Shown: positions 30,034 to 39,402 of the stretch, in pieces
How the letters are laid out: every line of letters begins with the position of its first letter
How positions within the stretch are numbered: position 1 is the stretch's first letter
IMG/VR virus record: IMGVR_UViG_2907128583_000005
Location: 64,001-128,000 of that record
Strand: one strand, 5' to 3'
Origin: a virus
Taxonomy: Duplodnaviria; Caudoviricetes
Length of the DNA: 64,000 nt
Made by a program: the position numbers and the translations under genes
Notes under the pieces: generated by a model
What the model saw: the letters and a program-made list of their open reading frames with translations, nothing else
The model's database searches: none
What the model was told of the DNA's origin: nothing

Positions 30034-30891
30034 TTACTCAAAAACCTCTTCGTCTGTACTATGTATGTATTGATCCAGCTCTTCTTCGTCGAATACTTTA
30101 TCTATCACTTCTGATACCCATTCTAATGATACTGTGAAATCACTATCTTGTTTTTTCTTATCTTTTATTGCTTCGATTACCGTTTTGAATAATGACAAGT
30201 CTACACCAGTGAGTTGTTCCTCTAGTACTGTCGGGTCGTTTAGATTGAGATCGCCACATTGTAGAATCATCTTCAGATATTGGCCTGCGTTGATTGACCA
30301 CCCTCTTTCAATGTACTTGCGAGAGCGTACAATAGAAGCTACTGGATATTTAGATCCTACATATTTTAAGTCTTTTGTTATAATGGACTCTAAAGCTTTC
30401 TGAGGTAAAACTAATTCATTCTTGTGTGGAATATAATAACAAGTACAATGAACAAAATCGTAGTTTTCGTGGACTTCTTCGGGATCTCCATAAAATCTAG
30501 TAATTAACTGCACATTATCAGATAGTGTAATGGCGTTTGTTGAAAGAAAAACTGGATTAAAACCTTCTTTGTATTTGGCTTTTGCTACTCCTCGACTTGG
30601 TACAAATACACTAACTCTGTCCTTAATTTTTTTAACTGTAGCTCCATATGTATCATTTGTACTTCGATTAAATTTGTTCACATAATATTCTGCTACTTGT
30701 ATACATGACTCTTGATCCATAAAGTAATAATCATAATCATTAGGGTCTTCTTCGAGTAATAGTGAAACAATAGCGCCTCCTGTAATAAATGATTTCTCAT
30801 TAACCAACTTAGCAATTTCTTCATTTTTAATTGACGCAATAAAGCTTCGATGAGCTTCTTGTAGTTTTCTTTTTATGCTTCTAATGTTCAT
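30034..30891 (-). CDS. conserved phage protein with polymerase-beta-type nucleotidyltransferase signature
   Basis: ITGGAIVS...PNDYDYYF, YDFVHC, R..KY..RGW. Confidence 0.6.
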   Translation of the reverse strand: MNIRSIKRKLQEAHRSFIASIKNEEIAKLVNEKSFITGGAIVSLLLEEDPNDYDYYFMDQESCIQVAEYYVNKFNRSTNDTYGATVKKIKDRVSVFVPSRGVAKAKYKEGFNPVFLSTNAITLSDNVQLITRFYGDPEEVHENYDFVHCTCYYIPHKNELVLPQKALESIITKDLKYVGSKYPVASIVRSRKYIERGWSINAGQYLKMILQCGDLNLNDPTVLEEQLTGVDLSLFKTVIEAIKDKKKQDSDFTVSLEWVSEVIDKVFDEEELDQYIHSTDEEVFE

Positions 30892-30964
30892 TCAATCTCT
30901 CCTCTATATAATTAGTATTAATATTGATCCTTATCTCATTTTCGTTATTTTTGTATATTTAATA

Positions 30965-31234
30965 TTATTTAATTACTACTTCCATTTCCAAAGCCACAAC
31001 TAACTTCATCAAAAAATCAAAGCTTGGTACATATTTGTTTTCTTCCAGTTGAGTAATTTTAGTGACTTCCACTTTTGCAAGATCAGCCAGCTCGTCAATA
31101 TCTATGTTATTGTCTTTACATTTTTTTACGAGTGCATTTGTCAATTTTGCTTTCATTGCAATTTCTTTTTTCTCATTTTCGGACTTATAGTTTAATCTAC
31201 TTTTCAAATCTGTCCATGTTTTATATTGCTCCAT
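30965..31234 (-). CDS. XRE-family HTH transcriptional regulator
   Basis: ELADLAKV...ITQLE...PSFDFLMKL. Confidence 0.85.
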   Translation of the reverse strand: MEQYKTWTDLKSRLNYKSENEKKEIAMKAKLTNALVKKCKDNNIDIDELADLAKVEVTKITQLEENKYVPSFDFLMKLVVALEMEVVIK

Positions 31235-31250
31235 ATTTATCTTTCCTCCT

Positions 31251-31439
31251 TTAAACTAGCAATGTTCCAAAGTTATCACTTACTCTGACTTCGTAAACTC
31301 CTTTAAGTCTCCAAACCTCTTCCTTATGTAGCTTAGTCTTTAAGTGTACAAAGCTAACTTTGATTTTTGGATAATATACTTCTCCATACTCCTTCAACAA
31401 TTCAGGTTGCTTAGTATATACGAAATACTCGTTCAACAT
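31251..31439 (-). CDS. hypothetical phage protein
   Basis: 62-aa ORF with AAGGAGGTG RBS. Confidence 0.7.
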   Translation of the reverse strand: MLNEYFVYTKQPELLKEYGEVYYPKIKVSFVHLKTKLHKEEVWRLKGVYEVRVSDNFGTLLV

Positions 31440-31496
31440 ATCACCTCCTTGTTTTAATGAAACTACATCATTTCTTTCTCGTATCCAATCTACATT

Positions 31497-31709
31497 TTAC
31501 GGTAATTTTGTATGTATTTTTTCAATATATAATTCTTCGCTTTGTTGCATTAATGAATCAATTTCATCATTAAGTCGCAATATTTCATTTTTATTATCAT
31601 CTTCTACCGCGACATGTAGTTCCTCGTATTTCCAACCTAATTGATGGTAAAGTTCCGACAGATTTTCATAGAGACTCAAAATATCACCTCCTTCTCGTAG
31701 TGGAATCAA
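31497..31709 (-). CDS. hypothetical phage protein
   Basis: ORF; internal AAGGAGGTG suggests a start at LSLYENL. Confidence 0.6.
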   Translation of the reverse strand: MIPLREGGDILSLYENLSELYHQLGWKYEELHVAVEDDNKNEILRLNDEIDSLMQQSEELYIEKIHTKLP

Positions 31710-31713
31710 CCTT

Positions 31714-32394
31714 TTATCTTCTTCTTCCTCTTCTTATTCTCGTTCTTTGTATACTGTTATGTTTCTCTATCATCTTATCTTTTTTTCTTATTTCTTTTTT
31801 ATAATTATCAGAGATTTTACCAATATGCTTTTCAATTTTTTTCATTTCCTCGTAAACATCTTTAATATCTCTAGGAACAGAATTTACATAACCTGCGTAC
31901 ATGTTTAAATCAAGTTCATAGGATCTGCTGTAACAGTTATTGTCAATATCTCGATAATTTATCTCGATATAAAAGCTAGGGAAGTTTTTATCATCATCCA
32001 TTAACTGTATAAAGCCCTCAACAAATGCAGTCAAAGATTGTCCTGGTGCTAAAAATGCAACCCCTTCTTTTATCATATGTGCTTTATCTATATGGGTAGA
32101 TACTACGCTTCTATTCTTTGGTTTAAGTTTAATCTTTATATCTTTAGCAGGAATATTCCCGATATTAGATAGATGAAAATATACATTTCGTAGGTTTACT
32201 GAGTTGAAGTAAGCAATTATATTAGGAGTATTATTTTCTTTCCTGATTTCTTCATTTTGTCTAACGGTGTCTGCACTATATCTTTGTGAATTTCTAGCAA
32301 ACCAAACATTAAGCGCAGTCAATAAAACTGTTAACAAAATATTTATAAAACCTACTAATGAGCTATTTTGTAGATACCATTGGTTAAAATCCAT
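31714..32394 (-). CDS. membrane-anchored hypothetical protein
   Basis: N-terminal TM helix, NIGNIPAKDI motif, basic tail. Confidence 0.8.
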   Translation of the reverse strand: MDFNQWYLQNSSLVGFINILLTVLLTALNVWFARNSQRYSADTVRQNEEIRKENNTPNIIAYFNSVNLRNVYFHLSNIGNIPAKDIKIKLKPKNRSVVSTHIDKAHMIKEGVAFLAPGQSLTAFVEGFIQLMDDDKNFPSFYIEINYRDIDNNCYSRSYELDLNMYAGYVNSVPRDIKDVYEEMKKIEKHIGKISDNYKKEIRKKDKMIEKHNSIQRTRIRRGRRR

Positions 32395-32429
32395 AAGACT
32401 TCTCCGATCTCTTAAAGTAGATTTTTACT

Positions 32430-32645
32430 TTATGATTCGTTTTTAGTTCCTCTACTATATCTTGATTTAATCCACTCTAAAAAATTTCGGGATTGCTGAG
32501 GATTATAAGCTTGCAAAAACTCATTTACACTAATTTTTAAAGTCTCTTCCAAATATTCTTGCAGTTCTTCGCGAGTAGTGTAAAAGTAAAATTCGCTATG
32601 TTGATTCGTAGAAACTAACTGTATATCATATCTCTGCTCATTCAT
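32430..32645 (-). CDS. hypothetical phage protein
   Basis: 71-aa ORF with AAGGAG RBS. Confidence 0.65.
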   Translation of the reverse strand: MNEQRYDIQLVSTNQHSEFYFYTTREELQEYLEETLKISVNEFLQAYNPQQSRNFLEWIKSRYSRGTKNES

Positions 32646-32904
32646 GTTGTAGTCTCCTTGTTGTCATATAAATTGCATTAGCACAAAGTATATTTCGGAT
32701 CAAAGTAAACTTTTATCTGTTTCTAAGGATTGATTCAGCATAGGATAGGCTTTCTTGTACATTCCCTGCGACTTCTCCAGATAGAACTTTTTTAAATTGA
32801 ATTATGACCCATTCTAAAGCATCATAGCACTCTTCAACCATATGCTTGTTCTCGTTCTGCATACCTAAGCCTCCATTCTTAGTAAAAGAAAGATTTTAAT
32901 TGGA

Positions 32905-33114
32905 TCAGTCAAATGCGTTTTCTTCATCTGAAAAATATTTGCGATTTTTTCCAGTGGCCTTCTCAAGGTCACGAATGTTAACCATAATATGATTTGAGTA
33001 ATGAGGGATTTCAGTCATTTGGTCTAAGATAATGTACAAATTCCTTAATGTTTCTTCTGCCTCGACCATTCTTCCTTTGTTATACCCCAACACATAATCC
33101 GTACTTGTGCTCAT
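32905..33114 (-). CDS. hypothetical phage protein
   Basis: 69-aa ORF with GGGGAG RBS, between palindromes. Confidence 0.7.
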   Translation of the reverse strand: MSTSTDYVLGYNKGRMVEAEETLRNLYIILDQMTEIPHYSNHIMVNIRDLEKATGKNRKYFSDEENAFD

Positions 33115-33152
33115 ATTATCTCCCCATTTCTATGTAAAAGGAAAATTTGATT

Positions 33153-33404
33153 CTATTTTTCTTTTGGTTTAATGTTTGCAAGGTAAACAATCAATACTAG
33201 ATAAAATAAAGAACATATCCATGCCAACACTGGACCTTCTTTCCAAGGAGACACGTTATAGATAAAATTAAAAGGCAAAGCAAATACGACTATCAGTAGA
33301 ACTACAAAAACAAATTTTATAAACAATGTTTCTTTTCCCAATCTAATGGTGCCACGTAGATAGAATAGAGCAACTAGAAATATAAGAACCTGAATCCAAG
33401 GCAT
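33153..33404 (-). CDS. small three-TM membrane protein
   Basis: Hydrophobic ORF bounded by palindromes. Confidence 0.65.
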   Translation of the reverse strand: MPWIQVLIFLVALFYLRGTIRLGKETLFIKFVFVVLLIVVFALPFNFIYNVSPWKEGPVLAWICSLFYLVLIVYLANIKPKEK

Positions 33405-33440
33405 TTTTTATATCACTCTTCCCGTAAAATGTACGATTTA

Positions 33441-33974
33441 TCAGAATCTCAATTGATCATAAATCTTCACAAAAATCTTAGCAATATTCTTAGCGTCATC
33501 AATCCCTCTGTGATGGGTTCCCTCCATTGGCAGTTTAAGCATAGTCAAAGCTCTTTCCATGCCTACGCCTCGCTCCCTACCAATCATCCTCCCATGCTGA
33601 TGCTTGAGACTGATATGGTTATCCGTCGATTCACATGCGATTTGATGTAGTGCACAATCCTTCTGCAACTGGTTCTTATCATAGAACCCCCAGGAGCAGA
33701 GGACATGAGGTTCATTGCCTATCCACTCTCGAAATTGACGGATTGCCTGCGGATAATACATTGCAGCATCCACATCCGCCTGAGAGATGGAGGTAAGCCG
33801 CTTACAAAAATCAGAAAGCTGTGGGCTTAATACAGGCTTGACAAAAATTTGGAATTCACTTACAGTCTTCAGCCTATCATTGAGTTTTACGGCTCCGATC
33901 TCAATAATTTCGTTTTGTCTTTTGCGGTCATTTTCCCAACAAGTAGCTTCTAGATCAAAAATTATGTAGTTCAT
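33441..33974 (-). CDS. DEDDh 3'-5' exonuclease (ERI-1/KapD-like)
   Basis: IFDLEATC, EIIEIGAV, SWGFYD, HRGIDDA. Confidence 0.93.
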   Translation of the reverse strand: MNYIIFDLEATCWENDRKRQNEIIEIGAVKLNDRLKTVSEFQIFVKPVLSPQLSDFCKRLTSISQADVDAAMYYPQAIRQFREWIGNEPHVLCSWGFYDKNQLQKDCALHQIACESTDNHISLKHQHGRMIGRERGVGMERALTMLKLPMEGTHHRGIDDAKNIAKIFVKIYDQLRF

Positions 33975-34010
33975 TTCTTAATCCTTTCTCACGCAAAGTA
34001 TTTGTTTTAT

Positions 34011-34211
34011 CTATAGTAACCAGTCTGATGATTTATAGCGTCTTGTGAAGTAAAGTAGCAATATCCCAATAAGGAAGGATGTTCCTCCAATAAAATAACC
34101 TCTTAGACTGTTTATGCTAAAAGCCATTGCTAATATTGCAACTCCCAATCCACAAGGAAAATACCCGAAAATACCTCTTACCAAAGCCATGAAAAAGAAT
34201 TTCCGATTCAT
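34011..34211 (-). CDS. small membrane protein
   Basis: Two hydrophobic segments; GAGGGG RBS. Confidence 0.65.
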   Translation of the reverse strand: MNRKFFFMALVRGIFGYFPCGLGVAILAMAFSINSLRGYFIGGTSFLIGILLLYFTRRYKSSDWLL

Positions 34212-34306
34212 AAATCCCCCTCTTTTCTAATATGTAATTTATTATACAAACGAACAAGGATACTAATTGGTTTCAAATGTGATTTTCTAAATATGAAAGT
34301 CATATT

Positions 34307-34504
34307 TTATTCTTTAATATCATTTCCATCTTCATCTATTAATCTACTTCCTCCACCAAATTCCCAGCCATTAGATTCAACAAACTCTATAAACTTATCA
34401 ATAAATTCATCGTGATCAACGTTTCCTTCAGTAGCAAAAACTGCTCCGCTAATTTTTATGCCTTTTTTCATGGAATCCTCTCCTTTAATTGATATATAGC
34501 CCAT
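34307..34504 (-). CDS. small acidic hypothetical protein
   Basis: FIDKFIEFVESNGWEFGGG; likely start MKKGIK. Confidence 0.65.
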   Translation of the reverse strand: MGYISIKGEDSMKKGIKISGAVFATEGNVDHDEFIDKFIEFVESNGWEFGGGSRLIDEDGNDIKE

Positions 34505-34961
34505 AGTTTTTCGTCGCGTTCCCAGTTGAAATTACCAGTTTGTTTTCTCCTTCTTTTACTGCTTCGCTTAACTTAACAACAAAGTGTTTTTTAAAGTAAT
34601 ACCTTGAGTAAAAATCAACTGATTCATTTTCAGGTTTGTCGTTGTATATGACATTATCATTCAGTACTACAACAAGTGGTTCCGCACTATTGATGTACCT
34701 ACCATAAATATATAAATCAGCCTTTCTTTTTTTGTATTGAGAGACATCAATTGAAAATTTATTTTGATCATCTAAATCAATTTCTTCTTCGTAATAGTTA
34801 TTAGTTTCATCTAATAAAACACCTATTCCAACGCCATAAAAGAAAGTATGAGGGTCTCCAAAGTTTTTATCAAATTGATATCTAATATAATTTGGCACTT
34901 GTAAAACAACTAAAATAATTAAAACAATAAACAGACTGAGAAAGAACTTTTTCTTATTCAT
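34485..34961 (-). CDS. membrane-anchored or exported protein
   Basis: N-terminal signal/TM segment. Confidence 0.75.
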   Translation of the reverse strand: MNKKKFFLSLFIVLIILVVLQVPNYIRYQFDKNFGDPHTFFYGVGIGVLLDETNNYYEEEIDLDDQNKFSIDVSQYKKRKADLYIYGRYINSAEPLVVVLNDNVIYNDKPENESVDFYSRYYFKKHFVVKLSEAVKEGENKLVISTGNATKNYGLYIN

Positions 34962-35260
34962 TTCACTTCCCTCTCACTTTTTGATGAAGTCGCTTATCTT
35001 TTGTTAAATTCATTCTATCCCACTGATACTATTTAAATAAAACTCACATTTTATCAAGATTAGATTCAACAGCTTGCTTTCTCGACTTATAGTTTGAATC
35101 TGCACTTATAGAAGTTCTCCAATAATTAGATTCTTTCCATACATTCATGACATGTTTATCATTAACGTACACAATATATCTATTTTCTGAAAACTTCTCC
35201 AACCTGTATTTCAAAGCAAATACACCTCGCTAAATAAAAGATTCGTTTTACTTTCTATTT

Positions 35261-35557
35261 CTATCTCCACAATTCAATATTTTGGACACGGCTATCTAGA
35301 TCATCTATATTTGTATCCATGTCTTTAATATGAGATTCTAGATCGTTCAACCTCATATCTAAATCTTCAGTGTCATAAATATTTCCTTTATCTTCGACAT
35401 CTTCAACTCTTGTTTTTAAGCTTTCAAATTCTTCTGTTAGTCCCTTCAGTGCCTTATCCTGCTGGTAGCTAACATAAGACTGGTAGCCCAATAAACCTAC
35501 AATTAAAACACCTAGGCAAATACATATTATTTTTTTGAACAAATAAGATTCCTCCAT
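35261..35557 (-). CDS. membrane-anchored coiled-coil protein
   Basis: TM helix then heptad repeats. Confidence 0.7.
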   Translation of the reverse strand: MEESYLFKKIICICLGVLIVGLLGYQSYVSYQQDKALKGLTEEFESLKTRVEDVEDKGNIYDTEDLDMRLNDLESHIKDMDTNIDDLDSRVQNIELWR

Positions 35558-35599
35558 TAATGTTTAATCCTATCGGGTGTATTTAGAAGATTAATTTTA

Positions 35600-36079
35600 T
35601 TATTTATAATTTTTCAAAATTTCTTTTATAAGATCAGTATATAAATTAGACATCTCGTTGTTCCACTCGTATCTAACCTTATCAGTATTATCAAATATTG
35701 TTATGTCTAATTTTCGTGTTTTGTTTCTTACTTTTGGTGGCAAGAGGTCTAGATTATTAAATAATATATGTCTAATGCTTTCTCTATACTTTACTAGATT
35801 AAATTTCGCAAATGTTTTACTAGATTCAGAATCATATTCGTATGAAATCATCCTCTCCTGACCATCAGCTTCAAGCACTTGATTTAACACTTTAAATTCT
35901 TCATATTTCCTGCTCATTTCCTTGTCTTCAAGATTCCAATTCCTCAGTCTGTTATCTTTTTCTCGTTCTCTGCGTGTTTGAAACCAATTGTTTAAAAGGC
36001 TTACTAGTGAAGCTACCAAACCACCTATAAGAGCTGCCCATCCTGCATTCATAACAGTGTCTTCTCCTTGCTTATTCAT
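35600..36079 (-). CDS. membrane-anchored hypothetical protein
   Basis: N-terminal hydrophobic helix AALIGGLVASLV. Confidence 0.7.
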   Translation of the reverse strand: MNKQGEDTVMNAGWAALIGGLVASLVSLLNNWFQTRREREKDNRLRNWNLEDKEMSRKYEEFKVLNQVLEADGQERMISYEYDSESSKTFAKFNLVKYRESIRHILFNNLDLLPPKVRNKTRKLDITIFDNTDKVRYEWNNEMSNLYTDLIKEILKNYK

Positions 36080-36109
36080 TTTAAAGGGAAGCGAATTTCT
36101 GTAAAAGTG

Positions 36110-36895
36110 TTATTTTATTGCGCGCTTCCTATCGATAATACTTCCCATAAGTTGCTTAATACCAATAAACATGACAAGACCGAATGTGATTGGCGATACA
36201 CACAACGACCTCCAAAAATATATCTTACTATTGTACCAATTGAATGTTTTTTCTATATTCGCTTCACCTGTATAATCATCTTCAATTACTATTGCACCAT
36301 CAATAGGTCTAATAAATATTCTGTTCATATCTACGTTCATTGGATTAATTATTATCTTATAGTCTCTTGGATCTGATTCGCTATAATGAGAGTACCAGAA
36401 AGAGTTAAATTTAGGTTCCTTGTTTTCATCAGTTCGAGAAGGGTGAAACCAAACAAATTTCTTAGTTGCATCACTGAATTTAAAATTGTAATTTGAACGT
36501 GCGCTACTATTTGCAATCAATCTAATTATCCCAGTTCTTTCAGCCTCTTCAATTTCGTAAGGAAATAAGTGGTCGGTATAATGTATTAAATTCCTTCCAT
36601 TCAATTTTTCATACTCTTCTTTTGTGATCCGTCTTATGTAATATCTCGATTTCAAAGGATAGAGTAAAGGAACAAGAACAAAGTATCCTATGTACGGGAT
36701 TATGACAGAGATGATACTGGGCAAACCGGGTATAATACCTTCAATCCAAATAGATATCAATAATGCTAAAATCAATAGTATTAGCGTATAAAGTAAAATA
36801 GTGACCAATTGTAATGCATGTCTGATTCTACCGATTTTCCCACGCAATTTTTTTCTTACTTTTCTTTGCGTCATCTCCAATATTATCACCACCAA
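36110..36895 (-). CDS. membrane protein (2TM, soluble domain, TM)
   Basis: Hydrophobic segments flanking a LIHYT-containing domain. Confidence 0.75.
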   Translation of the reverse strand: MVVIILEMTQRKVRKKLRGKIGRIRHALQLVTILLYTLILLILALLISIWIEGIIPGLPSIISVIIPYIGYFVLVPLLYPLKSRYYIRRITKEEYEKLNGRNLIHYTDHLFPYEIEEAERTGIIRLIANSSARSNYNFKFSDATKKFVWFHPSRTDENKEPKFNSFWYSHYSESDPRDYKIIINPMNVDMNRIFIRPIDGAIVIEDDYTGEANIEKTFNWYNSKIYFWRSLCVSPITFGLVMFIGIKQLMGSIIDRKRAIK

Positions 36896-36917
36896 TAAAA
36901 TTTTATCTTTTTAATCC

Positions 36918-37175
36918 TTAGTTATTATATTCTCTATCTATTTTCTCAGATATCTCTTTTTCTATAAGCAGTTCTTCGAAACGTTCAATGGCTTCTTCGG
37001 GATTGTTGCTCAGTTGTACCGAATCTATGTATGTATCTCTAAAACTGTCATTATCTCCAACCCCATTTGTATCCAACCATTTTTCAATTATAATCTCAAA
37101 ATGACTAGCCTTGTGACGATATTTGGCTGCTTTCCTAATTGAATCCCTAATTTCTTTAGAGATTTTAGTCTTCAT
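36918..37175 (-). CDS. hypothetical phage protein
   Basis: 85-aa ORF with GAGGTG RBS. Confidence 0.7.
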   Translation of the reverse strand: MKTKISKEIRDSIRKAAKYRHKASHFEIIIEKWLDTNGVGDNDSFRDTYIDSVQLSNNPEEAIERFEELLIEKEISEKIDREYNN

Positions 37176-37212
37176 ATGCTGTCACCTCTCTTTATAGAAC
37201 TAACTTATTACC

Positions 37213-37425
37213 TTATGCAGTAGCTCTTTTTTCAATTTTATCAATATCATTTTTTAGTTCATACCAACATTCAACTACCCAATTGCTAACTTCTAATCCT
37301 CTGTTAGCTTTAATTTCCTCGTTGCCTTTTCTCATAACTAATGAGCCCAAACCGATAAATGGACATGTCCAACCTTTGTAGTCACCAATATTCTTGTAAA
37401 TAAGATCAATATCTTCTTGTTGCAT
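37213..37425 (-). CDS. hypothetical phage protein
   Basis: 70-aa ORF with GAGGAGG RBS. Confidence 0.7.
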   Translation of the reverse strand: MQQEDIDLIYKNIGDYKGWTCPFIGLGSLVMRKGNEEIKANRGLEVSNWVVECWYELKNDIDKIEKRATA

Positions 37426-37538
37426 CTCTATCCCTCCTCGATGCTTAACATAGCAATATTATACAACATTTTCCTATGTATTTCTCAACAACTTATACAT
37501 ATTATTTTATTATTTTTGTTTGTTTAAGTCAAGCTGAA

Positions 37539-37922
37539 TTATTCCAACCTGACCAATTTACTCAAGTCAACATCCATATAAGCAGCTATCCTTACTTCTA
37601 CATCATTCCTAATTTTAGACCAAAGAAATCGCATGGTGTGAGTATATCCACGACATAGATACTCGGTCACCAAATCTTTATCTGACCTAACCCCCTCATA
37701 AACTTTTATGCCTCTCTGTCTCATTTTTTGACGAACCACTTTTAAATCTGTCAATACTCTGCTTTGTAAGCCCTCTAGATATAAAACAAACAATTCCTTC
37801 ATCTTTAAGTCAGACTTCTTGATCTTGCTTATGTTAAGCTCCAATACATCCAACACATAAGGTAGTTGTATAAAATCAATTACAAGCTGAGTGTCTTCAT
37901 TAGATGTTTTATAATTACTCAT
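37539..37922 (-). CDS. YhjD-like protein (probably SOS-regulated)
   Basis: LPYVLDVLE...EYLCRGY...IRNDVE resembles Bacillus YhjD as I recall it; LexA box immediately upstream. Confidence 0.6.
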   Translation of the reverse strand: MSNYKTSNEDTQLVIDFIQLPYVLDVLELNISKIKKSDLKMKELFVLYLEGLQSRVLTDLKVVRQKMRQRGIKVYEGVRSDKDLVTEYLCRGYTHTMRFLWSKIRNDVEVRIAAYMDVDLSKLVRLE

Positions 37923-37940
37923 GCTGTACACACACTCCTA

Positions 37941-37952
37941 GAACGTTTGTTC
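37941..37952. promoter_or_regulatory. LexA/DinR (SOS) box
   Basis: GAAC-GTTT-GTTC abutting the RBS of 37539-37922. Confidence 0.75.
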
Positions 37953-37977
37953 TTATAGTGTACAACTAACTAAATAA

Positions 37978-38262
37978 CTATTCAATAGCATCGTATCTAA
38001 ACATGTTCCTATCTGCTTCAACAAGAACTCTTTGTCCAACATATTCGCCATCTATGTATAATTCGAATTCATAACCTTTGTATTCAACCAAGAGAGTATT
38101 TGAAGGAATGTTCCCGTAATTCCTTGTGTACTCCTCTCCACTAGGCAACTCAAACCGAACAACAATTAGACTGTTCATATGATTTGTTTTAAGGTAAATT
38201 CTAAAAACAGTGTCTGATTTGGGTGGAAACTGATACTGAACATTAGTCTTCTGTTTTGCCAT
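37978..38262 (-). CDS. hypothetical phage protein
   Basis: 94-aa ORF with AGGAG RBS. Confidence 0.7.
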   Translation of the reverse strand: MAKQKTNVQYQFPPKSDTVFRIYLKTNHMNSLIVVRFELPSGEEYTRNYGNIPSNTLLVEYKGYEFELYIDGEYVGQRVLVEADRNMFRYDAIE

Positions 38263-38298
38263 TATTATGTATTCTCCTATCTTGGTAAAACGATGCTT

Positions 38299-38586
38299 TT
38301 ACTTGCTTTTAACTTCTGATAGCTGCTGAACAAATCCTTCGTGTTGGCTGATTGTTTCAAGTGAAATATCTACATCGTATAATTTATTTTTCACTACCTT
38401 GAATGTTTTGTCTGAGCTAATAATAAATCCATTTTTTTGACCATCTTCATCTGTAAACACCATAATATCTCCCTTACTCGTCCTGATCGTTTCAATATAT
38501 TTTTGGTCGTAATATGTCTTATAACTTTTTTCGCATCCCATCAGAATTAAAACTAAAGATATAGCAATAAACATTTTAAATTTCAA
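38299..38586 (-). CDS. putative lipoprotein
   Basis: Signal peptide with lipobox LMGC. Confidence 0.75.
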   Translation of the reverse strand: MKFKMFIAISLVLILMGCEKSYKTYYDQKYIETIRTSKGDIMVFTDEDGQKNGFIISSDKTFKVVKNKLYDVDISLETISQHEGFVQQLSEVKSK

Positions 38587-39145
38587 TTGAAATACTCTCC
38601 TTTAATTCGATTAAAGCCTTCTTATATTTCTTCACACGGTCATAATCCTTCTTTGTTGGCTTTTCAAGCCTACTCAAATCCATATTGTCTTCAATATCTG
38701 CAATTTTGACAGTTCGGGCTAACTCATTTTGTTTACAACGTGCAATGAACTCCCAATACGTTTCATTCTCTTGTCTTGTCAAAGCAATAACTGCATCAAT
38801 AATTTGGTCAGTGAAATCTTCTGACAGCTTCTCTTCAGTCATAGTTGTATCTTCTAAGATATCATGCAGTACTGCCACAATTTGTTCTTCATTTGATTTC
38901 AAATTCATCATTACACGCAATGGATGTAAAATATATGGATTACCACCCTTATCAAGTTGACCATTATGCATGGTTGAAGCAATTGAGATTGCTTTGTTTA
39001 AGTTGTTTACTATCTTGAAGCAATCCTCTCTATACAAAACTGTTCCTATTAACAACCATCCTTTTTTATAATATTGAGCGCCATATTCTTGTCCAACTAC
39101 CAATTCATCATAGTTATTATGCCACTTAGAATATATGACCTTCAT
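38576..39145 (-). CDS. HD-domain protein of the RelA/SpoT hydrolase (HD_4) type
   Basis: HNGQLDKGGNPYILHP, AVLHDILED, VKIADIEDN. Confidence 0.9.
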   Translation of the reverse strand: MKVIYSKWHNNYDELVVGQEYGAQYYKKGWLLIGTVLYREDCFKIVNNLNKAISIASTMHNGQLDKGGNPYILHPLRVMMNLKSNEEQIVAVLHDILEDTTMTEEKLSEDFTDQIIDAVIALTRQENETYWEFIARCKQNELARTVKIADIEDNMDLSRLEKPTKKDYDRVKKYKKALIELKESISIEI

Positions 39146-39192
39146 TAGCATCAACCTCCTTGCAATCTATTCCTTCTAAAAGCCCAATTTTA

Positions 39193-39402
39193 TCAGTCAT
39201 CTTCCATGTGAATTTCATAGTGTTCAGGACATGCCTTTCTGTTCAACCAAGCACTTTCACCACACGCCCCAAAATCAAATTCGTACAACTTGCCATCCGA
39301 TCCAATGCCAAAGCAATAGCTTTCACCTTCAGTTAAAAAACGATCTTTAAACATGTCCCATATTTTATATTTCATTTTTCTACTCCTATCCATTGAATCC
39401 AT
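39193..39402 (-). CDS. hypothetical protein with YopX-like N-terminus
   Basis: MKYKIWD start motif. Confidence 0.5.
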   Translation of the reverse strand: MDSMDRSRKMKYKIWDMFKDRFLTEGESYCFGIGSDGKLYEFDFGACGESAWLNRKACPEHYEIHMEDD

